IMG/VR virus record: IMGVR_UViG_3300039441_000119
Location: 1 to 36,533 of that record
Strand: one strand, 5' to 3'
Origin: a virus
Lineage: Duplodnaviria; Caudoviricetes
DNA: 36,533 nt
Positions within the stretch are counted from its first letter, which is position 1. Each line of letters opens with the position of its first letter. The translations under genes were made by a program, and so were the position numbers. Below the pieces are notes generated by a model, which was not told where the DNA came from, did not search any database, and was given only the letters and a program-made list of their open reading frames with translations. This document shows, one piece after another, positions 1 to 8,675 of this stretch.

Positions 1-1
1 G

Positions 2-745
2 TTCTTCGGTGGCGGCGCGCTCTACTGGCATATGTTCAAGACGGGGCGTCTGGCCGAGTCGAAGGACAACATCATCAGCGATTTCAACAGTCACTTGATG
101 GACTTGTATCGCGATATCCGGCACGACCCGCGAGCGCTGCAGGCCTCGGCGGCCCTCCTGCACGAGGAGTACGTCAAGAGTCCGGAGCAGGTCTACTACG
201 CCGTGCGAAAGCTCTGGAACCAGCGCAGCTTCAGCTCGGCCAAGCACCTGTTCCTGCGTGCCGCATCGTTCAACGGACTTTGGCGTGAGAATCGCAGGGG
301 AGAGATGAACGCACCGTGGGCTAAGCGCCCGAAGCTCTCGCTGCCCTCGCTCGAGAAACTCTTGGCGGTCTCGAAGGCACTGCGAGCCGGTGACATTGAA
401 GACGGCGACTTTGCCGACGTCATGAGCGCGCACGACTACATGAAGCGCCCCGGCACAGTGCTCTTTGTCGATGCGCCATACGCCGAGACGTTCACCGACT
501 ACACGGCCGGCGGCTTCTCGCTCGCACAACAGCGGAAGCTCCTCCAGCTATGCTCCGAGTGGGAACAGGCCGGCGCGCATGTCATCTACACAAACTCTCC
601 TGCGACTGGACAGGCGCTCGCCGAGATTTGGCCTACCGCCTGCGTAGAGCAGGTCGCCGACTCGGCGCGCATGAACAGCAATGGCGCCGGTCGAGCGCCG
701 GTCGTCTCGTTGCTGGCGTACTCGGCAGTTCGGAGTGTGGCGTGA
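2..745 (+). CDS. dam: Dam-family (D12 class) N6-adenine DNA methyltransferase, 5'-truncated by the window edge
   Basis: Frame is open from nt 2 and reads FFGGGALYWHM (motif I, FxGGG); ISDFNSHLMDLY (motif II); SFNGLWRENRRGEMNAPW matches the Dam recognition hairpin; motif IV reads FVDAPY followed by FTDYTAGGFS. Confidence 0.9.
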   Translation, partial: FFGGGALYWHMFKTGRLAESKDNIISDFNSHLMDLYRDIRHDPRALQASAALLHEEYVKSPEQVYYAVRKLWNQRSFSSAKHLFLRAASFNGLWRENRRGEMNAPWAKRPKLSLPSLEKLLAVSKALRAGDIEDGDFADVMSAHDYMKRPGTVLFVDAPYAETFTDYTAGGFSLAQQRKLLQLCSEWEQAGAHVIYTNSPATGQALAEIWPTACVEQVADSARMNSNGAGRAPVVSLLAYSAVRSVA

Positions 746-954
746 GAAACGCTGACGATGTTCCATTCTGGGTTGTCCTAGCCGTTCTTCTCGTCGTGGC
801 GCTCGTATCGTGGTTCGGCTATGGAGTCTACAAGACTGAGGCGAACTGCCTCAGATGGGACGTCGACCAAGACAGGATGGATTGTTGGGGCAGCGAGTAC
901 TACAAAACGTGTGAGCACCCTAAGAGGTGCGTCGAATTCAAGGAGAACAAATGA
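742..954 (+). CDS. small single-TM membrane protein with Cys-rich C-terminal domain
   Basis: GTGA start/stop overlap with dam, GGAG at 732-735; hydrophobic FWVVLAVLLVVALVSWFGYGVY, then four Cys. Confidence 0.7.
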   Translation: MRNADDVPFWVVLAVLLVVALVSWFGYGVYKTEANCLRWDVDQDRMDCWGSEYYKTCEHPKRCVEFKENK

Positions 955-1184
955 AAGAGACAGACCAACCCACTGAAGAAGCCGGCGAGCTAAAGCAGAA
1001 GCGCAAGCGCGTTTACGTCAAGCCGAAGCGCCCAAACGCCTGTCGACGCCGACTGCTACGAGTCCGAGGTGAATGGCCGACGGCACAGATGAAAGCTCGC
1101 AAGGCACGTGCTCAAGCACACGACCGAGAACAGTCGTCGAGGACGGCCGAGATGGGCAAGCGTGAACGAGGAGAGGTCGAATGA
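951..1184 (+). CDS. small basic hypothetical protein
   Basis: ATGA overlaps at both ends, AGGAG upstream; Lys/Arg-rich. Confidence 0.65.
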   Translation: MKETDQPTEEAGELKQKRKRVYVKPKRPNACRRRLLRVRGEWPTAQMKARKARAQAHDREQSSRTAEMGKRERGEVE

Positions 1185-1459
1185 CCACGTCGATTCGATG
1201 GGACCTCATCAAGCGCGTCGTGAAGGAACACAAGCTCATGTGCGCATACTCGGTGATGATGTTGCTGCTGACGCCGGTCGACATCTTCCTCATCGTCGAT
1301 AGTCTTCACGCCGGCACGATGATCAACGGCATTCTCGGCCTCGTCAGCTCCGTCATCGTGTGGGCGGCAACGGCCGCCGTGCTGTACATGACCTATCGAG
1401 GCTACGTGCTGACGGAGCGACTCACACTCGTTAAGCAGCTAGTAGGCAGAGGAGACTGA
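1181..1459 (+). CDS. two-TM membrane protein
   Basis: ATGA overlap, GAGG upstream; two hydrophobic segments. Confidence 0.7.
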   Translation: MTTSIRWDLIKRVVKEHKLMCAYSVMMLLLTPVDIFLIVDSLHAGTMINGILGLVSSVIVWAATAAVLYMTYRGYVLTERLTLVKQLVGRGD

Positions 1460-1462
1460 ATC

Positions 1463-1786
1463 GTGGACGCCGCACTAGTCGTCTCTGCCGCGGTCTGCGG
1501 ACTGTCCTGGATTATCTCTGTCATGTACGTCTTGTGTGAGCGCCCCGGGCAGACCTATAAGAATGCAGCCAGATGGCGCTTGTGGGCGTACTTTCTGGGG
1601 TGGACGCTGTCTGCGACTTCTCTGTGGCTCCTCGCACGCGCCATTCGTAAGCAGTTCATTCCGCACCTCGTCGAACAGGTACGAGAGGCGTTCCCTGAAT
1701 TGCCCAAGCCGAAGAAGTTAGACCGTGGAGCCTTGTCGGTCGTGGGGACCGACGACAAGGGTGCGCTGTCGCACCCGGAGAAGTGA
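1463..1786 (+). CDS. two-TM membrane protein
   Basis: GTG start after GAGGAG; two hydrophobic segments; C-terminal duplicated GALS motif. Confidence 0.7.
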   Translation: MDAALVVSAAVCGLSWIISVMYVLCERPGQTYKNAARWRLWAYFLGWTLSATSLWLLARAIRKQFIPHLVEQVREAFPELPKPKKLDRGALSVVGTDDKGALSHPEK

Positions 1787-1796
1787 GTCGCGGAAC

Positions 1797-2162
1797 CTAG
1801 CTCAGACCGCGTTTCGTTCGTAGCTCTTGCGTCACGTCCTTAAGCTCAGACGGTGCAGTCGTCTCGACGTCCTGTTCGTCTCCACCTTCGACGGACTTGA
1901 CGACGATGTCGCCGCGCTGACCGTACCCAAACACGTAGACGAGCCGGTCGTTGAGCTCGTAGATACGATTCGGCGGCCGTGCGAGCGCGGCCTTGCGCAT
2001 CGGCAGGGGCCGAGTTGCAATCCATCGGGCGAATCGTGCGAGGTCGAACTCCTGCGCATTCTTCAGCGCCGAAAGTACGGCATCGCCGCTCGAGTGGATG
2101 TCGATGACGTCTTCAATCTCGTCGAGCGCCTCGCGCAGGTCTTCGATGTCTTCCTTTACCAT
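1797..2162 (-). CDS. hypothetical protein
   Basis: ORF 1797..2228; start reassigned to ATG at 2162 (MVKEDIEDL) with GAGGT upstream, which removes the overlap. Confidence 0.7.
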   Translation of the reverse strand: MVKEDIEDLREALDEIEDVIDIHSSGDAVLSALKNAQEFDLARFARWIATRPLPMRKAALARPPNRIYELNDRLVYVFGYGQRGDIVVKSVEGGDEQDVETTAPSELKDVTQELRTKRGLS

Positions 2163-2169
2163 TTCGACC

Positions 2170-2730
2170 TCAGTTCGGCTTGTGGCCGGAGCCCTTCGCG
2201 AGCTTGACCGTATCGGAGAACATGCCACGACTGCCGCTAAGACCGACGGGGCCCTGCGTGTAGGTCAGAAGCGGTTCTCGCGTGCCGTTGCAGCTGACGC
2301 TGAGCTCATAGCGGTAGGGGTGCTCCTTGCCGAAGTGGTCGAGATTGGCCTCGCGATATTGCCGCCAGGCCTGTATGACCTGCTCCTCCTCCGTCGTAAG
2401 GGCCCATTGATGATTGAACTCCGACTGGTCAGGATTGCAGACGCCACAGAGCTGGAGCTCCTGCAGATTCCGAAGGTCGAGGACGCCGCCGTGCCACTTA
2501 GCCTCGGGACCGGACTTGAAGACCATTCCGTATCCGCATGTGCAGAGCTCCTCCCAAATCCAGTGCCGGCTGCCGAATGGACAAGGCTTGAACATGAACG
2601 GGAGCACGCGCTCGGCCATCCGACGCCAGAATGATGGGAGTCGCCAGGCACCGCCATCAAGGTCGATATCGAAGTCGTTGTCGTCGCCCAGTTCCGCAGA
2701 CGCGTCCTCGTTGGGAGTCTCATCGCTCAT
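2170..2730 (-). CDS. hypothetical protein, possible Zn-binding (CTC ... CGVC)
   Basis: 186-aa ORF, AGGAGGAG RBS, ATGA coupling to upstream gene. Confidence 0.75.
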   Translation of the reverse strand: MSDETPNEDASAELGDDNDFDIDLDGGAWRLPSFWRRMAERVLPFMFKPCPFGSRHWIWEELCTCGYGMVFKSGPEAKWHGGVLDLRNLQELQLCGVCNPDQSEFNHQWALTTEEEQVIQAWRQYREANLDHFGKEHPYRYELSVSCNGTREPLLTYTQGPVGLSGSRGMFSDTVKLAKGSGHKPN

Positions 2731-3413
2731 GCATGCTCCTCCTTCGCCAGTTCGTCGTCGGGCTCCGTCGACTCATCAGTGGGCGGCACGCGCTCGAGGC
2801 AGAGCCATCCCGGAGTGTACTCTCGAACCTCGAGTGCGACGTACTGGCGTTCGGCGCCGGGCGCTTCGATGGGCTCGACCGGCTCGTCAGGGTAGAAGAC
2901 GATGGTACGACCGGCTTTTGTATCTTCCGTTCCGCTAATGATGCCCAGCTGGCCATTGGGGCGTGGCACGATGAGCTGGGCCTGAGTGACCTCGTCTCGG
3001 TCCGGTCCGATGTAGCGGGCCCGGTCGCCGGTGCCCAGCTTGCGGCCGAGACGCCAGTCTGCCAGCTGCTGAGGCGTCATGAGACGACCTCGCCGTCGGG
3101 CAGACTCGATGAGCTTGAGGAGCCACCGTTCGGCGACGCTAGCCCGTTCGGCCTGCGAAAGGGCCTTTCTTGAGCTCATCGCCTTCTTGAGGAGCGGGTC
3201 TCGGTCGAGTCCAGCGGCGGCCAGCTGCTCGGCCGACAGAGTCCGCTGTGGCATGTTGAGGACGTGCTCGACCTGCTCTCGAAGGTCCTCCTCGCTGGTG
3301 TAGGCGAAGGGTGAGATGACAGGCCCAGTTCCGGGAAGTCGGTAGGATAGTCGCTCTCGGATGTCGTTGCCGAAGTTCTTGCGAAGCTTGTCGATGTCTT
3401 GTTTGGCTGTCAT
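2727..3413 (-). CDS. hypothetical protein
   Basis: ORF 2727..3512; likely ATG at 3413 (MTAKQDIDKL); tiles with neighbours. Confidence 0.7.
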   Translation of the reverse strand: MTAKQDIDKLRKNFGNDIRERLSYRLPGTGPVISPFAYTSEEDLREQVEHVLNMPQRTLSAEQLAAAGLDRDPLLKKAMSSRKALSQAERASVAERWLLKLIESARRRGRLMTPQQLADWRLGRKLGTGDRARYIGPDRDEVTQAQLIVPRPNGQLGIISGTEDTKAGRTIVFYPDEPVEPIEAPGAERQYVALEVREYTPGWLCLERVPPTDESTEPDDELAKEEHA

Positions 3414-3451
3414 GCTGCGTGGTGTGGAGGCAAGAGTGGACGGGAGGGAAG

Positions 3452-3685
3452 TCAGTCTTCTTTTGCCGGGCGCTGTACGTGAAGGACTTCGAATGCGATA
3501 GCAGAATCCCAAATCAGAATCGGGATATCGAGGTCCATTTCATCACAGAGTCGTCGCCACAATGCCAGGAACTGGTTCTGGCGATCTGGACTGGGAATCA
3601 TTCCGGTCTTATGGTCGCCCAGCTTCACCACAACGATATCGCCTGGGCACCATTCAAGTTTTTCGATTTGAGGTTTGTCGATCAT
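3452..3685 (-). CDS. hypothetical protein
   Basis: 77-aa ORF, AAGGA upstream, tiles with neighbours. Confidence 0.7.
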   Translation of the reverse strand: MIDKPQIEKLEWCPGDIVVVKLGDHKTGMIPSPDRQNQFLALWRRLCDEMDLDIPILIWDSAIAFEVLHVQRPAKED

Positions 3686-3709
3686 AATTTTCCTTGTCTT
3701 CTTCCGACA

Positions 3710-3976
3710 CTACGCGTTGGCCTTGTCGATGAGGCCTTGAATGAGCCGCAGGCAGCCGGCGCAGTTGAGGTGACGGTTCTCGGCGAGCACGTCTCGAGCG
3801 ATCATACGCTCAACCTCATGCAATTTCGAGCTCTTGGCGTCATCGGCCATCATCTCTCGAAGTCGTACAAGCGCCGCGTCGATTTTCGTTCGGAGCGCGA
3901 CCTTAGACTCGTTTGTCAGGTCGACTGAATCGTCCTCATGAAAGGCCGACAGGAACTCCGTAATGCCGTTCGACAT
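3710..3976 (-). CDS. hypothetical protein (HLNCAGC motif)
   Basis: 88-aa ORF in tightly packed minus-strand run. Confidence 0.65.
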   Translation of the reverse strand: MSNGITEFLSAFHEDDSVDLTNESKVALRTKIDAALVRLREMMADDAKSSKLHEVERMIARDVLAENRHLNCAGCLRLIQGLIDKANA

Positions 3977-3993
3977 GACCAGCAGGCTGCTCT

Positions 3994-4257
3994 CTATCTC
4001 GGGACAGGTTTGAACCGTAGGCGCGTTCCGCCGACGTCAAAGACTTGCCAACCAGCCGCCTTGTAGTAGTTGGCGACGAATTCTACCTGACCGTGTGAGA
4101 GACCGCTGTAGTAGAACTCACGTCCGTCACTTCGGCCCGAAAGACTCCACGGCATCTTGAGCAGAGCGTTGACCTTCTCGATCGTCGACGGGTCTGGTTC
4201 GGATAGTTCGAATGCAACGTCAGCCGAGACGGCGGGTGGAAGTGCGGAGGTGCTCAT
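3994..4257 (-). CDS. hypothetical protein
   Basis: 87-aa ORF, ATGA coupling to upstream gene. Confidence 0.7.
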   Translation of the reverse strand: MSTSALPPAVSADVAFELSEPDPSTIEKVNALLKMPWSLSGRSDGREFYYSGLSHGQVEFVANYYKAAGWQVFDVGGTRLRFKPVPR

Positions 4258-4505
4258 TTTCGCGTCTCCGTCTTCGCCTTCGGGTCCTTGCGGATGACCT
4301 CATTTGAGAAGACCGTCTTCTCAGTCCCGCAGTTCGGGCAGATGAGCGTCGCGGTGTTGTTGTTCTCTCGGATGATGCCGTAGTTGCAGCCGCCATCCAT
4401 CGAATCCTCACACACGGTACAGACCTCGGCGGTCTCCTCGAGAATCTTTAGTGGGGCACCGCTCGCACCGTAGACCTGTCCTTCTGACGTTCCAAACTTG
4501 GGCAT
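4254..4505 (-). CDS. Zn-ribbon protein
   Basis: CTVC ... CPNCG; TAATG overlap with upstream gene, GAGGAG RBS. Confidence 0.7.
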   Translation of the reverse strand: MPKFGTSEGQVYGASGAPLKILEETAEVCTVCEDSMDGGCNYGIIRENNNTATLICPNCGTEKTVFSNEVIRKDPKAKTETRK

Positions 4506-4933
4506 TATGCCGTCTCCTCTGACTTTCGTAATCGATGGGTGAGCTTGTCCCGACGGGTTTTGCGCTCGTCCAGCGTCTTCTTGCGTAGGTCCGTATAGGC
4601 CTTCGTGCGCTCAATAACTGAGAGTAGAGAGGCCATTCGGGCCGTCGCGAGCTCGAGAGTATGTCGGGCCTTCTGCGCCTCGACGTTAAGCTCCGGCAGT
4701 TCGAGGTCGTCGAAGGAGGCGTAGAGTGTGTACGAGCAGGTCTCGTACATCGACATCAGCTGGCGCATCTTCACGACGACGTCAAGAATATCTCCGGGCT
4801 GGATGCGCCGAATGGGCACAGCCTCGGCTGGCAGTTCGGCCTCGGGAATGTCGAGCTCGCCTTCGTTGGTAGACCGCGTCATAGTCCTCTCTTCGATTGG
4901 TCGACGGGACGCGAGATGGACTAGCGTGCCCAC
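4505..4933 (-). CDS. hypothetical coiled-coil protein
   Basis: 142-aa ORF (GTG; alternative ATG at 4882), helical with basic C-terminus. Confidence 0.65.
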   Translation of the reverse strand: MGTLVHLASRRPIEERTMTRSTNEGELDIPEAELPAEAVPIRRIQPGDILDVVVKMRQLMSMYETCSYTLYASFDDLELPELNVEAQKARHTLELATARMASLLSVIERTKAYTDLRKKTLDERKTRRDKLTHRLRKSEETA

Positions 4934-5232
4934 AGGTCCTCTGTTACGCGGCCTGTTACGAGATGAGGTCTTACTCCCAACTTTCGAGCGGCGCGCTTAC
5001 CTTCAGCGAGAATGAGAGAGCGCATGTCGCTCTTGGTGAGCTCGGTCTTCGTCTTGCGGATGTGCCGTCGATGCGGCTCGGTCCGAGCGAGGAACCATTC
5101 AACGCTGAGCTCCTTCGGTGCCGGTTCTGCTGTGGCTACCGCGTCCGGCGCGGCTTCGACGGAGAGACTCGAGGCCTCAACGAGGGGCGACTCGGTCGTG
5201 TTGTTTTCTTCTTCATAATGTTGCTCATTCAT
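4921..5232 (-). CDS. hypothetical protein
   Basis: 103-aa ORF, acidic N-half and basic C-half, AAAGGT upstream. Confidence 0.65.
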   Translation of the reverse strand: MNEQHYEEENNTTESPLVEASSLSVEAAPDAVATAEPAPKELSVEWFLARTEPHRRHIRKTKTELTKSDMRSLILAEGKRAARKLGVRPHLVTGRVTEDLWAR

Positions 5233-5277
5233 AGTGTCTGACCTTTCACGCGCAGCTGTGCGTCGGTCGAGCCTACT

Positions 5278-5751
5278 CTAGCTAAGGCCTTTTCGTCGAA
5301 CACAATCCGGGCAGATGCGCTGACTCTCGCGCTCGATGAAGTCTGCAGTATCCGTGCCGCAAAAGAAGCACTCAACCGTCTCGGCCTCGTGGCGTTCGCT
5401 CGGAACATCGAAGTGCGCGAGGATGCGAAGCAAGTCCTGCCGGCAGAATGCTGGGGCTTTGGCGTTGACTTCTGCCTCGGTCGCTCGTACGTGAATCTGG
5501 ACCGTGACGGTGAAGTAGTCGACGGTCTTGGGCTCGAGGCCCACCTCGTCTTTCTTGACGACGGTTACGACCCGGCCGACTCGGCCGGACGGGTCGCTGT
5601 AGGTCTTGGCGTACTCGAGCGAGCTCGGGTCCCTCGAATCTTTCGTTCTGAAGCCGAGACTGGCGAGATAGTGGCTGAGCTCCTCCTCGCGTGAGAAGAG
5701 CTCCTCGACCGTCTCATCGGGCTCGAGGCCATCGTCTAGCGGATTGGTCAT
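5278..5751 (-). CDS. hypothetical protein with C-terminal Zn ribbon
   Basis: CFFCG ... RICPDC; ATGA coupling, GGAG RBS. Confidence 0.75.
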   Translation of the reverse strand: MTNPLDDGLEPDETVEELFSREEELSHYLASLGFRTKDSRDPSSLEYAKTYSDPSGRVGRVVTVVKKDEVGLEPKTVDYFTVTVQIHVRATEAEVNAKAPAFCRQDLLRILAHFDVPSERHEAETVECFFCGTDTADFIERESQRICPDCVRRKGLS

Positions 5752-6116
5752 TCGTTCTCCGTCTTCTGCGCCAGACCGTACAGCGTAATTGGCCCGGTCA
5801 TCGTGCGTACTCCTGGAATGGGCATCGCCAGCACTCTCGCGAGCTCGTCATTCTGCCGGCGCATGAGTTCGAGGCTTGCCTCCTGCTCCTCCTGCATGCG
5901 CCAGAGAAGCTCGGCCGACTGGCATCGCCGTGCGAGCGTAGAGAGCGATTCAACTGCTCCCTGCATTCCGGCCTTGAGATTCGATAGGTAGTTTGCCATC
6001 GCCTCATTTGGCTGGTCAGCAAAGCGCTCATCGGAGACCGAGCGTCCGAGCTCGACGAGTCCCATCAGCACCTGGTCGGCGAACTCCGAGAGCTCGAGGA
6101 GGTCCTGCGCTTTCAT
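5748..6116 (-). CDS. hypothetical coiled-coil protein
   Basis: ORF 5748..6185; ATG at 6116 (MKAQDLLEL) gives ATGA coupling. Confidence 0.7.
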   Translation of the reverse strand: MKAQDLLELSEFADQVLMGLVELGRSVSDERFADQPNEAMANYLSNLKAGMQGAVESLSTLARRCQSAELLWRMQEEQEASLELMRRQNDELARVLAMPIPGVRTMTGPITLYGLAQKTENE

Positions 6117-6568
6117 GGACCGGACTCTGCCGGACTCTCGCCGCCAAGCGCAAGCGATAGTTTGTCCTGCCGGTCGAGATTCCAAACCGAACTCAGAAGC
6201 CGCACGCCTTCGTCGGTGACATAAATGAGCTCTTCGCCAAGATGAGTCCTAAATTCTAGAAGGCCGTGCGCAGCGAGACGACGGAACCGCCGAAGATTGG
6301 TACTGCAGTTCTGTACCTCCCGGACCGGAAGGCCGTTTGCTCCCCAGCGATGGAGAATCATAAGGTCTCGGGCCTGGAGAATGATGGACGGACGACTCGT
6401 ACAGACAAAGGTCATTCCTCCCTGCGGAATCATCATACGTCTGGCGTGGTCCAGGCGAGCTCTGTCTCGATGTCTTCTAGCTGCGCGGCGTAGAGCTCGA
6501 CGCTGTAGACGTATTGCGTGTCGCTCCTGCGATAACAGCCGGTGGTAAGGAAGCGCTTCGCGACTCAC
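6113..6568 (-). CDS. putative winged helix-turn-helix DNA-binding protein
   Basis: RRFRRLAAHGLLEF ... IYVTDEGVRLL resembles the wHTH recognition helix plus wing (YxxTxxG); GTGA coupling to the sigma-like gene. Confidence 0.5.
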   Translation of the reverse strand: MSREALPYHRLLSQERHAIRLQRRALRRAARRHRDRARLDHARRMMIPQGGMTFVCTSRPSIILQARDLMILHRWGANGLPVREVQNCSTNLRRFRRLAAHGLLEFRTHLGEELIYVTDEGVRLLSSVWNLDRQDKLSLALGGESPAESGP

Positions 6569-7317
6569 AGTGAACTCCTAACCTCATCGACGACCTTCTC
6601 GGTCGCGACCTTGAAGATGCGAGTGACTCTGGCACGAACTACGCCCATGTTGCGAGAGAGATAGACGTGTAGGCCGTTAAGCGGCCGTTTCGCCTCGATG
6701 GTATTGGTCATGCAGAACTTCAGCACGCGATACTCGGACAACGAGAGTGAGATGCCATCCTCGACGACGAGTCGGGCTTGGTGAGTCTCGTCCGTCTCGG
6801 TCTCCTCGACTGTTGACGTGTCGGCCTGGTCCTCTCTCAACTCGTCTCCATCCTGCAGCGTGTTCATGTCCTCCCACTTTCGGGTTTTCTTTGCGTAGTT
6901 GCGGGCGTAGAAGGTGATGTGTCCATTCTGCGGACTAAAGAGCCTGTGGAGGGGGTACGCAATCTCACCCATCATGTAGTGGTGCTGGATGTAGCCGATG
7001 GTCTCGGACTCTAGGTCTGCGAGTGCGGTCTCGATGTCGATGTTCGACCCGCGAACCGCCATTTTGGCGTATGTCTTAAGCTTTGGACGAACCATCTCGA
7101 GGAACAGCTTCGCCGACCGGTTGACCTCGATTCCTCGCTTGATTCGGCAGGTCAGTAGGTTCAGGATGGCGTGCTCTTCCCGAATTCCCTTGCTCCAGCA
7201 TTGAGGCTGCGTCTTGCACACGCCGCAGTCCTGGACCGGACCGGCCTTTCCGGCCTTGGCTCCGGTCTCAGTCTCGGGCCGAATGACTCGAAGCCGGATG
7301 CTCCTACCATCGTCCAC
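6565..7317 (-). CDS. divergent sigma70-family RNA polymerase sigma factor-like protein
   Basis: Region-2-like LFLEMVRPKLKTYAKMAVRGSNIDIETALADL; region-4-like LSLSEYRVLKFC ... LSRNMGVVRARVTRIFKVATEKV. Confidence 0.6.
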   Translation of the reverse strand: MDDGRSIRLRVIRPETETGAKAGKAGPVQDCGVCKTQPQCWSKGIREEHAILNLLTCRIKRGIEVNRSAKLFLEMVRPKLKTYAKMAVRGSNIDIETALADLESETIGYIQHHYMMGEIAYPLHRLFSPQNGHITFYARNYAKKTRKWEDMNTLQDGDELREDQADTSTVEETETDETHQARLVVEDGISLSLSEYRVLKFCMTNTIEAKRPLNGLHVYLSRNMGVVRARVTRIFKVATEKVVDEVRSSL

Positions 7318-7334
7318 CTAGCGCAGGGTGGAGG

Positions 7335-7649
7335 TCACTTGCCCATCGAGTCAAGCTTGTCGGTGAGCGACTTTAGGATATCCCGGTCGAGCTCCACGTA
7401 GATGTCGCGCATGGTCTGCGAGTAGAGGTCATTCCGGACGTAGTCACTGTCCCTCCAGTGCTGAGCCCAAGAGGACAAGTCTACCGGGTCAAAACCGTTT
7501 TCCCGTCTGAATCGCTTGCGCAACTCTCCCCAGGTCAGCTCGAGAGAGATGAAGTCTTTCAGCTTGACCGTGCAGTGCGAGCACTCGTTGGGCAGGTCTC
7601 CAACGTTTTCGGCCTTGCACCAGAAGCATCTCCAGTTGGTTACGGTCAC
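7335..7649 (-). CDS. Zn-ribbon protein
   Basis: WRCFWCKAEN ... ECSHC at N-terminus. Confidence 0.65.
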   Translation of the reverse strand: MTVTNWRCFWCKAENVGDLPNECSHCTVKLKDFISLELTWGELRKRFRRENGFDPVDLSSWAQHWRDSDYVRNDLYSQTMRDIYVELDRDILKSLTDKLDSMGK

Positions 7650-7653
7650 AACG

Positions 7654-7860
7654 TCACCAGTACATCCCGTGGTCTAGTAACCACTGAATGTCATCGTTTG
7701 ATAGCTGTTTCAGTGCGTTGACGAGTGCGTCTTCCCCTCCGCCGAATACGGCGAATCCCATTCGGAGTTCTAGGTATTTCGCGAGTTGCGCGTTCGGATA
7801 CGGTGCAGGGTCGGGCCTGCTCGGGTCGACCAGTTTCGGTTTGGTGCCGGTGTCAGCCAT
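7654..7860 (-). CDS. hypothetical protein
   Basis: ORF 7654..7968; likely ATG at 7860 (MADTGTKPKL), 8-nt overlap with upstream gene. Confidence 0.6.
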   Translation of the reverse strand: MADTGTKPKLVDPSRPDPAPYPNAQLAKYLELRMGFAVFGGGEDALVNALKQLSNDDIQWLLDHGMYW

Positions 7861-8257
7861 TTGCTTTGATACTCTCCGTTTCGATAATCTCCGCAAGTGC
7901 CTTGAACGCCTCGGCCTCGATACTCCCCTCGTTCGAGTCGATATATGACTGCGCGCTCGGATCGCCATACATCTCCTTCATGTACGCCCACGTCACCTTC
8001 TTCGGCGCCCACGAGCCTTCTAAGCCATTGCAGGAGCAGTGCCCCGAAGTATCGAGGAACAATTGGCCGTAACCCTTCTTGAAGAGGACCGTCGAGAATC
8101 CGTCGTAACCGCCAATGCTGTAGTAGGCGAATAGAATCTCGCAGCTGTCGAGCTCGTGGAACTTGAGGTCGTATTGGTCCTTGATGTCGGTCTCGTTCTT
8201 GAAACCGCCCCAAAACCGTCGTACCTCGGACGTCCTCGTGGCCTCGATGTCAGACAT
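7853..8257 (-). CDS. hypothetical phage protein
   Basis: 134-aa ORF with AAGGT RBS; ILFAYYSIGGYDG ... SGHCSCNGLEGSW motif. Confidence 0.75.
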   Translation of the reverse strand: MSDIEATRTSEVRRFWGGFKNETDIKDQYDLKFHELDSCEILFAYYSIGGYDGFSTVLFKKGYGQLFLDTSGHCSCNGLEGSWAPKKVTWAYMKEMYGDPSAQSYIDSNEGSIEAEAFKALAEIIETESIKANG

Positions 8258-8397
8258 GGACCTTCACCAGTTCTGCGAGAGCTTTCGTCTTCATCGTCGT
8301 ACCAGCCATAGCCCTTGTGCGGGTTGTCGTTGAAGTTGGTGGGCATGAATCCCCAGGTCGTTTGGTCATTCGACATACCTACCGTACTATTCGTGCG

Positions 8398-8673
8398 TCA
8401 GTCCACGTAGACAATAGCGCCACCGATGGGGTCGAGCTCTTCGAGCAGGAGGTCGTACTCGACGGCACTCGGCTCGATGAGGTCGAGCACGAGAAAGGCC
8501 CGATTCATAAGGTCTCGCAGACGCTGCTGGGTCCATTTCGCTCGAAGCCACTCAACCTGCTCCTCGAACGTTCGAGGACCCCAGGCCGGCAGTCCGAGCT
8601 CAAGTATCGGCGCTAGATGCGATTCGACCTTGACAACTTCGTCGACAAATGCTTGAGGCGTCATTGAGCGCAT
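8398..8673 (-). CDS. hypothetical protein
   Basis: ORF 8398..8805; likely ATG at 8673 or 8664, directly after the upstream stop. Confidence 0.65.
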   Translation of the reverse strand: MRSMTPQAFVDEVVKVESHLAPILELGLPAWGPRTFEEQVEWLRAKWTQQRLRDLMNRAFLVLDLIEPSAVEYDLLLEELDPIGGAIVYVD

Positions 8674-8675
8674 CG

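Noticed and set aside
1993-3928. Long plus-strand ORFs (1993..2634, 2414..2938, 2631..3173, 3419..3928)
   Set aside because: They overlap a well-tiled minus-strand gene run that has RBSs and coupled start/stops; typical GC-rich antisense shadows
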